DNA of 64,000 bases from positions 93,887,929 through 93,951,928 of the forward strand of contig OZ024747.1 in NCBI GenBank assembly GCA_964016885.1, in the 5' to 3' direction. The notes beneath the pieces were generated by a model. The model was not told the DNA's origin. It saw only the letters and a list, made by a program, of their open reading frames with translations, and made no database searches. Shown in pieces: positions 12,625-26,964 of this stretch. A program made the position numbers and the translations under genes. Source of the DNA: Eledone cirrhosa. Taxonomy: Eukaryota. Position 1 is the first letter of the stretch; the number at the start of each line of letters is the position of its first letter.

Positions 12625-13352
12625 ATGAAAATTGTTGTGTACAGTGCTCAGGTGCACTACAACTCATCAAAGGTGCATGTATGGTACATAGAATAATGTA
12701 CAAATGTCAGGAAAGTGAACAGTGTATGAGTCATGATATACATGTGTGTGTATATGGAGGGGGGATATCAGCTGTAGTGTTGGCGAATCTCGGGAAGCAT
12801 GGAGGTTTTAAAGAATGCAGTGTCTCGACAGCTAAGAACTGACGCAGGTAGTTTGTTCCATGGAGGTTTTAAAGAATGCAGTGTCTCGACAGCTAAGAAC
12901 TGACGCAGGTAGTTTGTTCCATGGAGGTTTTAAAGGATGCAGTGTCTCCACAGCTAACAACTGATGCAGGGAGTTTGTTCCATGGAGGTTTTAAAGAATG
13001 CAGTGTCTCGACAGCTAAGAACTGATGCAGGGAGTTTGTTCCATGGAGGTTTTAAAGAATGCAGTGTCTCAACAGCTAACAACTGACGCAGGTAGTTTGT
13101 TCCATGGAGGTTTTAAAGGATGCAGTGTCTCGACAACTAACAACTGATGCAGGGAGTTTGTTCCATGGAGGTTTTAAAGGATGCAGTGTCTCAACAGCTA
13201 ACAACTGATGCAGGGAGTTTCTTCCATGCTTCAGCAACTGTGAGTGTGAAGGAATGTTTCTGAAAGTCATGGGAGTTGTGCTGTTTTCTGACATTGTTGG
13301 CATGTCCATGTGGAATTCAAAAAGGTGCTCAGGGTTGTTGTTGGCAAGATGG
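12625..13352 (-). mobile_element. CR1-clade LINE 3' fragment containing 7 tandem copies of a 61-bp unit (12799-13228)
   Basis: Homologous to 26720-27065 on the opposite strand. Confidence 0.85.
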
Positions 13353-13382
13353 TTGTATATCTGTATGTATTACATATTTATA

Positions 13383-13800
13383 TCATCATCATCATAGTTT
13401 TTATGTCTGTTTTTCCAAGCTAGCACTAGCATGGGTTGGATGGGTCCTTCTCAGCACAGCTTCTCTCCTCTTGTCGTGGTCCTACATTATCTCCTCTGTG
13501 AGTCTCAGCTGATTTGAGGTCAGCTCTCATCACCTCTGCCCAGGTCTTTCTATGTCTACATCTACTGCAGCTTCCTTCCGCTGGGAAACATCACATGTCT
13601 ATACCAGTGCAGTCTCCTCTCCTACACACTACATCTGATCCCTCTTATACCCAGGTTTTCCTCTACTGCAGCTTCCTGACACTTCTTCACCCAACAGTCA
13701 CCATCCATACACATCACATGTCTATACCAGTGCAGTCTCCTCTCCTACACACTACATCTGATTCCTCTTATACCCAGTTTCTCCCTCAACTCATCCGAGC
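13383..13800 (-). mobile_element. Degenerate RTE 3' fragment with internal duplication
   Basis: Reverse complement resembles 44700-45090 (ERRLxWY, KTWAE motifs) and has a (GAT)n tail. Confidence 0.6.
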
Positions 13801-13974
13801 TTTACCTATCTCTGGTGATGGTGGTGGTGATGATGGTGGTGGTGATGATGATGGTAATGGTGATGTTGGTGGTGGTGTGGATAAATATGATCTCACCATC
13901 CAATTAATGCCCCCCCCCCCTACACACTACCTCACATAGAATGGTTTCATTGTCTACAGAAATGGTTCCACTAG

Positions 13975-14930
<956 letters not shown>

Positions 14931-15069
14931 CATCTGCATATTCATCAAAATAATTTGAAATATTTGTTTTTTTCTTTCTTCCCTTTTTCTCTCTTTCCTT
15001 TCACTATCCAGGAGAAACTTGAACCGTTAAGGTATCATTCCTGGCTATGTCACTATTTATAAAATAAAC

Positions 15070-15126
15070 TTTTATCGGATGAGAGCGTACCAAAGTTTTG
15101 GTACCCTTGAAATATATATAATAGAA
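15070..15126 (+). ncRNA. Degenerate hammerhead (CGGAUGA core) in a solo PLE-B-related pseudo-LTR
   Basis: CGGATGA-gagcgtaccaaa/tttggtaccctt-GAAA-tatatata-atagaa, followed by the same downstream tail as 11433-11470. Confidence 0.6.
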
Positions 15127-15182
15127 TAAATATGGTTTTATAAATATAGTTTCCATTTATTAATATCATTGATATATATATG

Positions 15183-15276
<94 letters not shown>

Positions 15277-15376
15277 TTTGCAAGAGATGTCAACATGAAA
15301 GGACCTGTTATTTTTATCTAAAGACATTTTTTCCAATTCCATCCCACCCGTCCCCTTTATCTTATTTCTCATTCTT

Positions 15377-15412
15377 TCTTCTGATGAAGGACTAGCGTCC
15401 GAAACGTTAAGA
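15377..15412 (+). ncRNA. Minimal hammerhead motif in a ~200-bp repeat (15310-15500; second copy 27322-27517)
   Basis: tctt-CTGATGA-aggac/tagc/gtcc-GAAA-cgtt-aaga with palindromic AACGTT helix III. The copy at 27395-27430 has GAAA mutated to AAAA. Confidence 0.7.
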
Positions 15413-15494
15413 CCCTCTTACTGCTATATCAATCGTTAACCTAATATATCCCTTCCATATACTGTACCGATTCTGTTGTTATTTCTGTTTACCT

Positions 15495-15575
<81 letters not shown>

Positions 15576-15984
15576 TGTATGTATATATACTATATGTATA
15601 TTGGTGTGTTTTTCATTATGTATTTTCCCCTTCCTAAATGCTACTCTCTATCATGCACCCTATATTGAGTACTACATTCTTGTCAACATCACAGCTGCCA
15701 GCTACAGTTGTAAGCTGCAAAGTAGAAATTTTAATCACGATTAGGTGTAGATTATATACATTATTTATTTATACACACCTCTCTAACTATATATACACAC
15801 ACACACACATATATATATACACACACACACACACACATATATATACATACTCACACACACACACATATATATATATATATACACACCACACATATATATA
15901 TATATACACACACACAAATATATATATACACACTTATATATATATACACACACACACAAATATATATATACACACACGCAATCA

Positions 15985-16538
15985 AATGCTGTGTGCTGGA
16001 AAGGCGGTTGCGTTGGTATGGACATGTGATGTGTATGAAGGATGACAGCTGCATAAAAAGGTGCAGAGCACTAGAAGTCAATGGAAACCGCGGAGTGGGG
16101 AGATCCAAGAAGACCTGGGATGAGGTGATAAAAGCCAACCTTACCCAATTACACCTCTCAAAGGCGATGACACACGACCGTGACCTCTGGCGTCATGCAG
16201 TAATACAGAGTACCCGACCTCCCATGGGTACAAGCTGAAGCATATAGACAATATGCCCCCACACCCTCCCACTGGAAAGTGGTTGTGGAGATGCCACGGC
16301 AAAAAAGCACCCAGCCCACACTGCAAAGTGGACGTGGAGGTGCCACGGCAAAAAATCACCCAGCACTCACTGTAAATGAGGTTGGTGTTAGGAAGGGCAT
16401 CCAGCTGTAGAAATCAAGCCAGAATCAGTTCCCGTATCAGCAAGACAAGGTCAGCCAACCACACACTGCCCACAACAGGACAACCCGTCTAACCCATGCT
16501 AGCGTGGAAGAACGGACGTAAAACGGTGATGATGATGA
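15985..16538 (+). mobile_element. RTE LINE 3' fragment followed by a SINE 3' half
   Basis: [22 protein letters not shown]...GRSKKTWDE, then 49-bp SINE repeats and a ggacgtaaaacg(gat)n tail. Confidence 0.75.
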
Positions 16539-16909
16539 CACACACATATATATATATACACACACACAGACATTTATATATATATACACACATATATACA
16601 CAGACACATATACACACAACCATATATACACACAGACACACACATACACAGCACACATATATATATACACACACACACATACTATTTACCTTGTGCAACA
16701 GACTCTTCATGAGGACTTGATCTGATTGGATTTGACCAGCTTTTAACATGACATGTGCATTCTTCAGCATCTGGTGGATGTGGTATTTCAGGATGACGGT
16801 ATTGTGATCATGATCTAGGAACTGGTTTATGAAAGAACGGTAGACACAGGCATATATAGAGAAACAAATGGTTTTGTTATATACACAAGATGTGGAGGTG
16901 GGCGGTAAT

Positions 16910-16990
16910 TAAATTTCGACCAGCTAATCCCATATTCCTGGTTTGTGTCCTTAAGCTGCCAGATTTTATTGGCCAGCGTTGTTTAGTTCT
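16910..16990 (-). mobile_element. Small relic of a further PLE GIY-YIG domain
   Basis: Minus strand translates TTLANKIWQLKDTNQEYGISW, compared with TALASKVWDLKDSNIPYSIDW in ORF 3498. Confidence 0.55.
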
Positions 16991-17125
16991 CTAGTCTACG
17001 GTTCTTCATATTGGCAACATGACCTCCCAAAGTATAACAATATCGGTTTCAACACACGTTTTCAGATAAAGAATCTTGCTAAACAAATTCAGAAACGAAA
17101 TATATTTATATATTTATATATACAT

Positions 17126-17458
17126 GGAGGCACATGGCTTAGTGGTTAGAGCATTGGCCTTGCAATCGAAAGGTTGCGAGTTCAATTCTCAGACCGGGTG
17201 ATGTGTTGTTTCCTTGAGCAAGACACTTTATTTCACATTGCTCCAGTTTACTCAGCTGTAGAAATGAGATTATAGGGACTGGGGTCCCTATCATTCCACT
17301 GTAAAGTGGTCATGGAGGTGCCACGGCAAAAAACACCCAGCACTCACTGTAAATGAGGCTGGTGTTAGGAAGGGCATCCAGCTGTAGAAATCAAGCCAGA
17401 ATCAGTTCCCGTCCCACCCTTGCAAGCAGGGAAAAGCGGACGTAAAATGATGATGATA
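17126..17458 (+). mobile_element. tRNA-derived CORE-like SINE with RTE-derived tail
   Basis: A box tggcttagtgg, B box gagttcaattc, CORE-like ccttgagcaagacact...cagctgtagaaatgag; tail identical to the RTE end at 35373-35423. Confidence 0.85.
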
Positions 17459-17779
17459 GTTCTGGTGATAAACACAGTGAAGGAAGCAGAGTCTGGGTCA
17501 AGTCTGGCCATAGTTGGCCCCATTGCGCTTTGCTCCGGTGAGGATTGTTGAGTATTTTATAGCTGGAGGCCCTTCCTAACACCAACCACACAAAGCAAGG
17601 ATATAAATAAAGGGAGACTTTACCTTGATGAGGGAAAGTATAGGGTCAGAGAAATCTGACATTTTGTGACCCCTAAAGAAGACATCAAGTAATACATGGT
17701 TCCATGGTTGAGAAAGGATCTGGCTTTCTAGAGAGAGAGGAAGAGAAAGTGTATGAGAGAGAGAGAGAGAAGAAGAAGC

Positions 17780-18124
17780 TTTACCTCACTCTATATTTAC
17801 TATTGTATTTTCACAGTAAAGGCTTTACCTCACATAATATCTCACATAACATTTACATTACTCTATATATACTATTGTATTTCCACAGTAAAGACTTGAC
17901 CTTACATAATATCTCACATAACATTTACATTACTCTATATATACTATTGTATTGTCACAGTAAAGTCTTTATCTTACATAATATCGAATCTATGAGATTT
18001 TGAAAGTATTTATTTTGAGAACAATACCATAACATCAGTTTGAGTGACCAGTTACAGCCAGCTTCAACAGAAAGAGTTAGAGAATTCTGGCCAGATTTGG
18101 CCGGTTTGAACATTAAAGGGTTAA
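17780..18124. repeat. 72-bp minisatellite (3 units) plus ~140-bp flank ending aaagggttaa
   Basis: The same unit and flank occur inverted at 28893-29570, and the unit occurs again at 41421-41808. Confidence 0.8.
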
Positions 18125-18430
18125 TAGGCTGATAGAACAATCAAGTCTGCTACCTTTTTTGTAGAGTACAACTATCAATGCTTTCTTGAACATGTCTGGG
18201 CTTTTTTCCTGTAGTGATAAAACAGTTAAAAAGATGTTGAAGTACTTTGATAATTGGTTCACCTCCAGCTTTGATGGATATATACTTACCTGTGAGAGGA
18301 TCGTTGGTGTTGAGGTAGTCCAACATATGAAGGAGTCACTGTACTGAGTCTTGTTGTCCAATACAGAGATTCTGTGGAAGAGAGAGAGGAATCACCAACA
18401 AATTCTTGCTTGATATAAATATATATATAT

Positions 18431-18866
18431 GGAGGCACATGGCTTAGTGGTTAGAGCATTGGCCTTGTAATCGAAAGGTTGTGAGTTCAATTATCAGACC
18501 GGGTGATGTGTTGTTTCCTTGAGCAAGACACTTTATTTCACATTGCTCCAGTTTACTCAGCTGTAGAAATGAGATGATAGGACTGAGGTCCCTATCATAC
18601 CACTGCAAAGTGGTCGTGGAGGTGCCACGGCAAAAAAGCACCCAGCCCTCACTGTAAAGTGGTCGTGGAGGTGCCACAGCAAAAAAGCACCCAGCCCTCA
18701 CTGTAAAGTGGTCGTGGAGGTGCCACGGCAAAAAAGCACCCAGCACTCACTGTAAATGAGGTTGGTGTTAGGAAGCGCATCCAGCTGTAGAAATCAAGCC
18801 AGAATCAGTTCCCGTCCCACCCTTGCAAGCAGGGAAAAGCGGACGTAAAATGATGATGATGATGAT
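18431..18866 (+). mobile_element. Same SINE family, with 3 copies of the internal 49-bp unit
   Basis: Near-identical to 17126-17458. Confidence 0.85.
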
Positions 18867-18966
18867 ATATATATATGTATGTATGTAGACCACCTGTGAC
18901 CCGTTGGGTAACGTTCACCTCAAAATAATTTTATACAGACATGTATATAATGTGAAACTGGAAGGC

Positions 18967-19029
<63 letters not shown>

Positions 19030-19527
19030 AAATTGAGGTTGGTAATGGCACATGGAATATATAAGAGACAGAATACTTTTTTGTGAAAAAACATAATTTT
19101 ATAAGGTAAGGAAATAATAAAGGGTATAAAAAATGACCGGTTTCGATGGGTCTGCAAAAGCCATCTTTTCAAATGTTGATTAATATTAAGAAAAATTAAT
19201 AATACGAAGAGTTAAAATTTGAGACTTGAAAATTCAAGTATAAAATTCATTGTGGGATTTCATAGCAGTTTTCATCTAGGTAGCAACAACAGGTTGACTG
19301 CTGTGTCCCTTTCTGGTAGTGAATGAGAAGTTATTTGGGGTGTGGGTTATTTTATAAAGGTCAGATTTAGCAATCGCCAGCTGCTGGTCAGTGAGGGGGT
19401 GGAAGCAATATACACACACATATATCTTCCTGTGATGGGTAGGAGAGTGGAGCGTGATAGAAAAGGATTTAGTGCACTTACACCCATATATACACACATA
19501 CCTTCATCCACACATACATACATATAC

Positions 19528-19568
<41 letters not shown>

Positions 19569-19637
19569 CACACATACATACACACACACATACATATACA
19601 TACACACATACACACACACACACATATATATACACAT

Positions 19638-19690
<53 letters not shown>

Positions 19691-19729
19691 TATATATACA
19701 TACACATACATCCAGATACACACATACAT

Positions 19730-19799
<70 letters not shown>

Positions 19800-20423
19800 C
19801 CCCACACACCCCCACACATACATACACACACACATATATATATACATACACACATACAAACATACACACACACACACACACACATATATATACACACATA
19901 CACACACATATATATACACACACACACACACACACGCATATATATATATATATACACATACGCATACATACAGATACCCACATACATACACACACACACA
20001 CACACACACGCACACACAATACATACATCCACATGCACACACATACTCACACACACACACACACGCATACATACACCCACACACAGAGAAATGGCCTTCA
20101 AATATATATATATATATATATATACATACAGACACATATATTTTTTCCATAATATAAGAAGTTGGGGCAGTGAAATTAAAATACAAGTCATTCTGATCAC
20201 ATTGAGTTCTTCATGTAGATTGGGCCCCGCAACCGACAGTGGTGAATTCTGTGTGCGCACATATATATAGATATATGTGTGTGCACGTGCAGGGTTTAAC
20301 ATGGATGTGTTGGTCACACAAAGGCATGGTCTGTCAATGAATAAACCTGATTCTACAGAATTGGTCTCTGGTCTTTAATAGTAGTGATTCCGTGCGTATG
20401 TGTGTTTATATTTTATGACAATT

Positions 20424-20874
20424 CTATTGGGGTGATAACCCGTTTAGTTTTGGTTTAAATTTGTTAAGGAATAGATTTTCTTTGTTTATTCTTTGTTGTT
20501 GTGTGAACGAATCTGAGCACTTGTAGAAGGGGAAGATTTTAAAGTTGTGTAGTGTCATTCCTGCGCAGTTCGCAATATGGCTGCTCAAGGGGATTTTTCT
20601 TGTGTTAGCGTCCCGGATTTGTTGGCGGTGGATGGTCATTCTTTTGCGTAATGAGGTGCCCGTCTGTCCTATGTAGTTGTGTTTGCACCCACCGCAAGTT
20701 ATTGCGTAAATCAAGTTCTCCGAGTTGCAGGTGAAATTGTTTTTTACTGTAAATGTTTGGCCATCTTTGAATGTAAATGTTTGTCCTTCAGTGAGGTAGA
20801 GGCACGTTCCACAGTTTGTTCTACCACATTTGGTAACTGTAGGGTTGAGGATTGGTTTGGGTATATTTGGTCCA
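20424..20874 (-). CDS. C-terminal fragment of a PLE GIY-YIG endonuclease (Zn-knuckle linker plus CCHH)
   Basis: [10 protein letters not shown]...[36 protein letters not shown]...SSH...KENLFL...LN. Confidence 0.85.
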
Positions 20875-21072
20875 GTGTGTGTGTGTGTGTGTGTGTATGT
20901 ATGTGGGTATCTGGATGTATGCGTATGTGTATATATATATATATATGCGTGTGTGTGTGTGTGTGTGTATATATATGTGTGTGTATGTGTGTATATATAT
21001 GTGTGTGTGTGTGTGTGTGTATGTTTGTATGTGTGTATGTATATATATATGTGTGTGTGTATGTATGTGTGG

Positions 21073-21118
<46 letters not shown>

Positions 21119-21185
21119 ATATATATATATGTGTGTGTGTGTGTGTATGTATGTGTGTATCTGGATGTATGTGTATGTATATATA

Positions 21186-21234
<49 letters not shown>

Positions 21235-21303
21235 ATGTGTATATATATGTGTGTGTGTGTGTATGTGTGTATGTATATGTATGTGTGTGTGTATGTATGT
21301 GTG

Positions 21304-21342
<39 letters not shown>

Positions 21343-21692
21343 GTATATGTATGTATGTGTGGATGAAGGTATGTGTGTATATATGGGTGTAAGTGCACTA
21401 AATCCTTTTCTATCACGCTCCACTCTCCTACCCATCACAGGAAGATATATGTGTGTGTATATTGCTTCCACCCCCTCACTGACCAGCAGCTGGCGATTGC
21501 TAAATCTGACCGTTATAAAATAACCCACACCCCAAATAACTTCTCATTCACTACCAGAAAGGGACACAGCAGTCAACCTGTTGTTGCTACCTAGATGAAA
21601 ACTGCTATGAAATCCCACAATGAATTTTATACTTGAATTTTCAAGTCTCAAATTTTAACTCTTCGTATTATTAATTTTTCTTAATATTAATC

Positions 21693-21740
21693 AACATTTG
21701 AAAAGATGGCTTTTGCAGACCCATCGAAACCGGTCATTTT
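21693..21740 (+). ncRNA. Variant minimal hammerhead (UUGAAAA in place of CUGANGA); mirror copy at 19130-19177 (-)
   Basis: TTGAAAA-gatgg/ccatc-GAAA-CCGG-TC with a palindromic helix III loop and a GUC triplet. Confidence 0.55.
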
Positions 21741-21876
21741 TTATACCCTTTATTATTTCCTTACCTTATAAAATTATGTTTTTTCACAAAAAAGTATTCT
21801 GTCTCTTATATATTCCATGTGCCATTACCAACCTCAATTTTCTCTATAACCTTCGTTTTGTGTAGAAAATTACACT

Positions 21877-21961
<85 letters not shown>

Positions 21962-22918
21962 CGTGTGTGCGTATGTATATATATATAAATGTGTGTGTAT
22001 ATACATATATATGTATATGTGTGTATATATATATATATGTGGGTGTCTGTGATCTATATGTATTGGTCATAGACACACACATATACATATATATATACAC
22101 ACACTCACATATATATATAGCCGGCCAAAATGGCGACAAGGAAGGTCGCTTGACCACGTCTTGACCAAACAAAATATAATATTTTCACCAAAAACTGCCC
22201 TTTAAACACATGTCAGATGGATTACAATATTCATTATTACAATTACTTTCACTGTTCCCTGACAACTAGTACCAGTTTCAAGATAGAATTATCTTAACGA
22301 AGTATATATAATTTGACTTGATTTTCGCCAACAAACCACGTGTGGACATGGACCGGGAAAAAAGGAAAAAAAACAAAACAAATCACTACATCCCTTAAGG
22401 ATCGCAGTAAGTACTCCACAAAACATATAAACAACAATATACACACAGATTTATATACAGATATATACCATATGCATATACACACAAGTGAAAAGAAACC
22501 ACACTATTTCGTGTGAGACACTATACCGGCCAATTTTACCAATTTACATTGGTAAAATATTTCTTAACATTGACTTCGCTTCTAACCCACATACACCTTT
22601 TAATTATATATATATATACTAGCAGCTGAAAGTTAATAATTTGAAAAAAAAATATTATTGAAAGTTTACTATAAAGAAGCAGTATCAGGAAAAAAAAAAA
22701 AAAACGTTATTTCGCTGTTAATAAACAACTGCCTTCTACAGTACGTTTCATTTAACTTACGCAGCATATTTATTTGTTTACATGCACAGACTCTTCTGTA
22801 CACACACAACATTTAGGAAAACGGAAACAAAAAAACAAAACAAAAAAACAGACATTTTATTTCTATCGTAATCAAGTGCGCTAAACCTATATTGTTTACA
22901 TTCTGTGTTTTTCTACGG

Positions 22919-24154
22919 ATGGGTAGAAATAACAAAATTGCCATGGTGATATCCATCGATGAAGTATGCGATAAAACTGGTCGATGTCCCAAAATAGAAC
23001 ATTGCCCGGAAAATCACACCTGCCATATCTGTACGGAACCTGAAAACTCGTTCCGTAATCGTTGGGTCGAATGTGGAACCTGTCGCATCTCTGTCTGCCT
23101 TCAATGCGCCACAGGCTTCCGGAAGATGCCAGGCCAAAATAAGAAACATCATATTGCTACGATGGATAGACTCTGGGAGATGGTCCAGCTAACAAACTGG
23201 TCCTTTCAGTGCCTGGACTGTATGCCTGCTTCTCCCATTGCTGCGGAACAACAACAACAACAAAGACCGAAGATCGTGTCTTCTACCATTGTTCCTGAAC
23301 AACAACAACAAAAACCGAGGATCGTGTCTTCCTCTACCATTGTCCCTGAACAACAGCAAAAACCAACGACCGTAGCTTCTGCTACTACCCCCGTTGAAGG
23401 ACTTCATCAACAACAGCAACCCATGTCTTCCTCACCCGTTACTTTTCAACAACAACAACCGACGACTGTGTCTTCTACCATGCCTGTTGAAGGAGAAGAA
23501 GAACAACAAAAACCGACCGTCAATACGGAGTTTGAGGAAATACGGCAAATGATTTCCGCTTTAAGTCAAGAAATAGCGGAAATAAAATCAAGCGTTCGTG
23601 TAGAACCCCACAATGAGGGATCTTACCGGAGTGCCTTGTTAAAAAATCTCCGCGTACCTCATGTTGAACCTAGACGCATTGAGAATGCCACTGAATCTGC
23701 AAACCATGAAGTGATTGCCATTGGTGTGCCGGAAGATATAGTTGATCTTCAGGCATTTGCTGCCAGTTCATCCAAAGACCTGGGCTGTGCTCCCGCAAAG
23801 GGTGCTCTATGCCTTGGCCAACCAGGCCTGAAACCCAGGTTAATTAGACTGTCGTTTTCAAACTCAACTGAGGCACGTTCATACCTTGTAGCCTCTGATA
23901 AAGCTAGGCGTGAAAGTCGGATTGCTTTCCGAACACGTCCTGGTCTTCCACCTGATGTCCGCCCAAAGTTGCGTGCTGCAGCTTCCCTAAACCGCAGCTC
24001 GGCAGAACATGAAAGCTTCAGCCTACGAGATGATGGGCAGATATGGAAGTTTGTTAAGGCTGGCGAATCATGGAAAAGAGACACCAGCTGGTCTGAAAAC
24101 ACTGTACCCACAACAACTGACAATAAAGAAACTGAAAAAACTCTGGGAAACTAA
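22919..24154 (+). CDS. LINE ORF1 protein: PHD-like finger, Q/P/T-rich repeats, coiled coil
   Basis: CHIC..WVECGTC..CLQC..FQCLDC and FEEIRQMISALSQEIAEIKS; lies directly upstream of the APE-RT ORF; first ATG at 22919. Confidence 0.85.
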   Translation: MGRNNKIAMVISIDEVCDKTGRCPKIEHCPENHTCHICTEPENSFRNRWVECGTCRISVCLQCATGFRKMPGQNKKHHIATMDRLWEMVQLTNWSFQCLDCMPASPIAAEQQQQQRPKIVSSTIVPEQQQQKPRIVSSSTIVPEQQQKPTTVASATTPVEGLHQQQQPMSSSPVTFQQQQPTTVSSTMPVEGEEEQQKPTVNTEFEEIRQMISALSQEIAEIKSSVRVEPHNEGSYRSALLKNLRVPHVEPRRIENATESANHEVIAIGVPEDIVDLQAFAASSSKDLGCAPAKGALCLGQPGLKPRLIRLSFSNSTEARSYLVASDKARRESRIAFRTRPGLPPDVRPKLRAAASLNRSSAEHESFSLRDDGQIWKFVKAGESWKRDTSWSENTVPTTTDNKETEKTLGN

Positions 24155-26964
24155 ATCAGAACAACCTGCCATCCCCTGCACATAATCATAGACTGGAATC
24201 AAAGTACAAATTGTTGTCCTTGAATGCACGTAGTCTATGCAATAAGATTCATCTTTTTGACTCCTACGTCAAAAGTATCAACCCGGACTTCATTACAGTC
24301 ACGGAAACTTGGGCACATCCCTTACTCTGTGATGGGGTTTTCAGCATGACTTGCTACAACCTGTTTCGTAAAGACCGTATTAATCGTGGTGGTGGTGGTG
24401 TAATGGTCTACGTTCGGTCAAATCTGTCGGCAATTCCTTGTGCTGATTTGAACCAATCACAGCAGGAAGTTTTTTTCTGCGATATACGTATGACCATGTC
24501 AACACTGCTACTTGGAGTCGTTTACCGTCCCCCAAATTACCATCAGGACACTCAACTTTGTGATATCCTCAGAGATGTTGCCAGGAAGACAGCCACTTAT
24601 GTTTTCATTGCAGGTGACTTCAATCACCCTGAGATTGACTGGGAGACCTTTCGTTGGCCGCCAAGTGCAAATGACTTCCTTGAGCTGGTGCTGGACTCGA
24701 GTTGGTCCCAGGTGGTCACCTCCCCAACGAGAGGTGACAACACTTTGAACCTACTCTTCACCACTACTCCTGAAACGGTCATTAGTGTTACTGGTGAGGA
24801 ACCTTTAGGTGACTCTGATCATGCTATGATCATTGCCAATCTATCCCTCATGGGCAGTAACAAGAACCACAACCATCTCCAAACTGCTCACTTTGACTGG
24901 AATAAAGCAGACTGGAACTGTTACTGCACCGAGTTGCAACGGCCAAACTGGCTTGAGTTCTACGACTCTCGAGATGTCAACACTGTACTCCAGAACATCC
25001 TGAGCTCAATATGGACAGCATGTGCAGCATCGGTGCCACGTAAGCGGAAAAAACATCCCAAAAGCGCAATTTGGGAGACTGCAGCAGTCCGTCTTGCCAG
25101 AAAAGAACGGCGCAATGCTGAACGTGAGTACAAACTTCACAAATCAGACATTAATAGGAAGAGGCGAAATAGATCGTCCAACCACCTCAAACAGGTGACA
25201 AAAAAGGCAGTGCTTCAATTTGAGCAGCACATAGCAACCAGCCCTGACAGTAAGGTGTTCTGGAAGTATGTTCACTCAAAGCAGAGGCCTCACTCTCCAG
25301 TTGGTCCTCTTCGCAATCCCCACACAAGCCAGGTTACTGATGACCCCAAGGAATGCGCAGAGCTCATTGCTGAATGCTATTTTCACTATTGAAGACCAGA
25401 GTGTACCATCTCCACCACCTATGACACCGGACTCTATTACAACCATGGAATTTACACCTGCAATGCTGCGACGTCACCTAAAAAATAAACACAACCATGC
25501 CTCTCCTGGTCTTGATGGTGTTACGTACCTGCTTCTTAAACGTGGTGGGTACTTCCTTCTACACCAGTTATCACGCTTCTTCCAATTCTGTCTGAACAAC
25601 AGTGCTACTCCAGAACAGTGGAAAACTGCCAGTGTCATTCCTCTGTTCAAAAAGGGTGACCGCACATCACCTGTGAACTATCGTCCAGTCAGTCTTACTA
25701 GTTGCATCGCCAAACTGATGGAATCCTGTGTCAGAGAAACACTTTGGAACTTCTGGAGCTCTCACAGTCTTATCCGGCCCTCGCAATTTGGATTTATCCC
25801 CAACTCCAGCTGCTGTGATCAACTTATAGAGTTTCTTGAGGACATCACCCGGATCACTGATGGCGGCTCATGGGTGGATATTGTTTACCTTGACTTTGCG
25901 AAGGCCTTCAATTCTGTGCCACACAAAAGGCTTATGGCAAAACTCTCTGCAATGGGTGTGAAGGATGATCTTTTTAACTGGTTGAAGTCCTTCATTCTCA
26001 GTCGAAGAGAGGTAGTCACGGTTCTGGGACAGCATTCCTCACCATATGAGATGTCATCTGGTGTACCTCAGGGATCTGTTCTTGGCCCCCTTTTGTTTGT
26101 GGCATATATTAATGACATAGATGCCAACTTAAGGAATGCCACAGTACTAAAGTACGCAGACGACATCAAGCTGTACCTTGAGATAAAAAGGACAGATCCT
26201 GAACACTATAGATCTTGCTTGCAGTCTGACCTGGACACAATGCAACAGTGGATCTCAGACTGGAAACTCAAGCTAGCTGTGGACAAGTGCACCACCATGC
26301 ATTTTGGGAGTAAAAACCCAGCGTCCACATACTCCCTCCACAGCACTAATATCAAGAAGTCTTCCTGTGAACGTGACCTGGGCATTATGGTCAGCAGCGA
26401 TTTGCGTTGGACGAGGCACGTCTCTAAAATTGTCAAGAGGGCCGAGGGTGTCTTAGCATCACTCAGCAAGACCTTTGTCAGCCGCTCTCCAGATATCTAT
26501 TTAAGGCTGTATACAGCTATGGTGCGACCACACTTAGAATTTGCATCACCCGTCTGGAACCCCTATCTTGCTCAGGACATTGACCGCCTGGAAACTGTTC
26601 AGAGACGTGCAACCAATGACTACCCTCCATCAGGCATCTACCATACTCTGAGCGCCTTGCTTCCCTGGGCATGGATTCATTGAAGCTCCGACGCCTGGCA
26701 ACTGACTTGGTAAACACCCACAAAATTGTTAACCATGTTGCCAACAACAACCCTGAGTACCTTTTCGATTTCCATGTGTCTAACACACGTGGACATGCCC
26801 ACAAAGTAAGAAAACAGCACAGTTCTCATGACTTTCGGAAACATTTTTTCACGCTCAGAGTTGCTGAAGCATGGAACAAACTACTTGCATCAGTTGTTAG
26901 CTGTCGAGACACTGCATCCTTTAAGGCCTCCATGCTTCCCGAGATCCGCCAACAGAACAGCTAA
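24145..26964 (+). pseudogene. CR1-clade LINE ORF2 (APE endonuclease plus RT) with frameshifts near 25380 and 26617
   Basis: LNARSL, VTETW, GGGV, YRPP, GDFN, SDH; NYRPVSLTS, QFGF, LDFAKAF, GVPQGSVLGP, YADD, ERDLG, VRPHLEF, TRGH, WNKL. The 3' UTR extends to ~27068. Confidence 0.93.

Larger units (their letters stand above)
19022..21882 (-). mobile_element. PLE family C (Neptune-like): truncated minus arm 20875-19022 plus inverted arm 20876-21882
   Basis: ~1-kb inverted repeat (19022-~20010 versus 20876-21845) enclosing a GIY-YIG coding fragment, flanked by microsatellites. Confidence 0.88.

Noticed and set aside
17126-17200. tRNA gene (also 18431, 40319 and 39970-40046)
   Set aside because: A and B boxes are present but there is no proper acceptor stem, and the sequence continues into SINE body and tail.
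18336-18338. Selenocysteine reading of in-frame TGA codons in the hidden gene
   Set aside because: A TAA also interrupts the frame, there is no redox-motif context, and no SECIS was identified.
22120-22140. YY1-type motif (caaaatggcg) as the LINE internal promoter
   Set aside because: A single short motif, and the LINE 5' boundary and TSD could not be determined.
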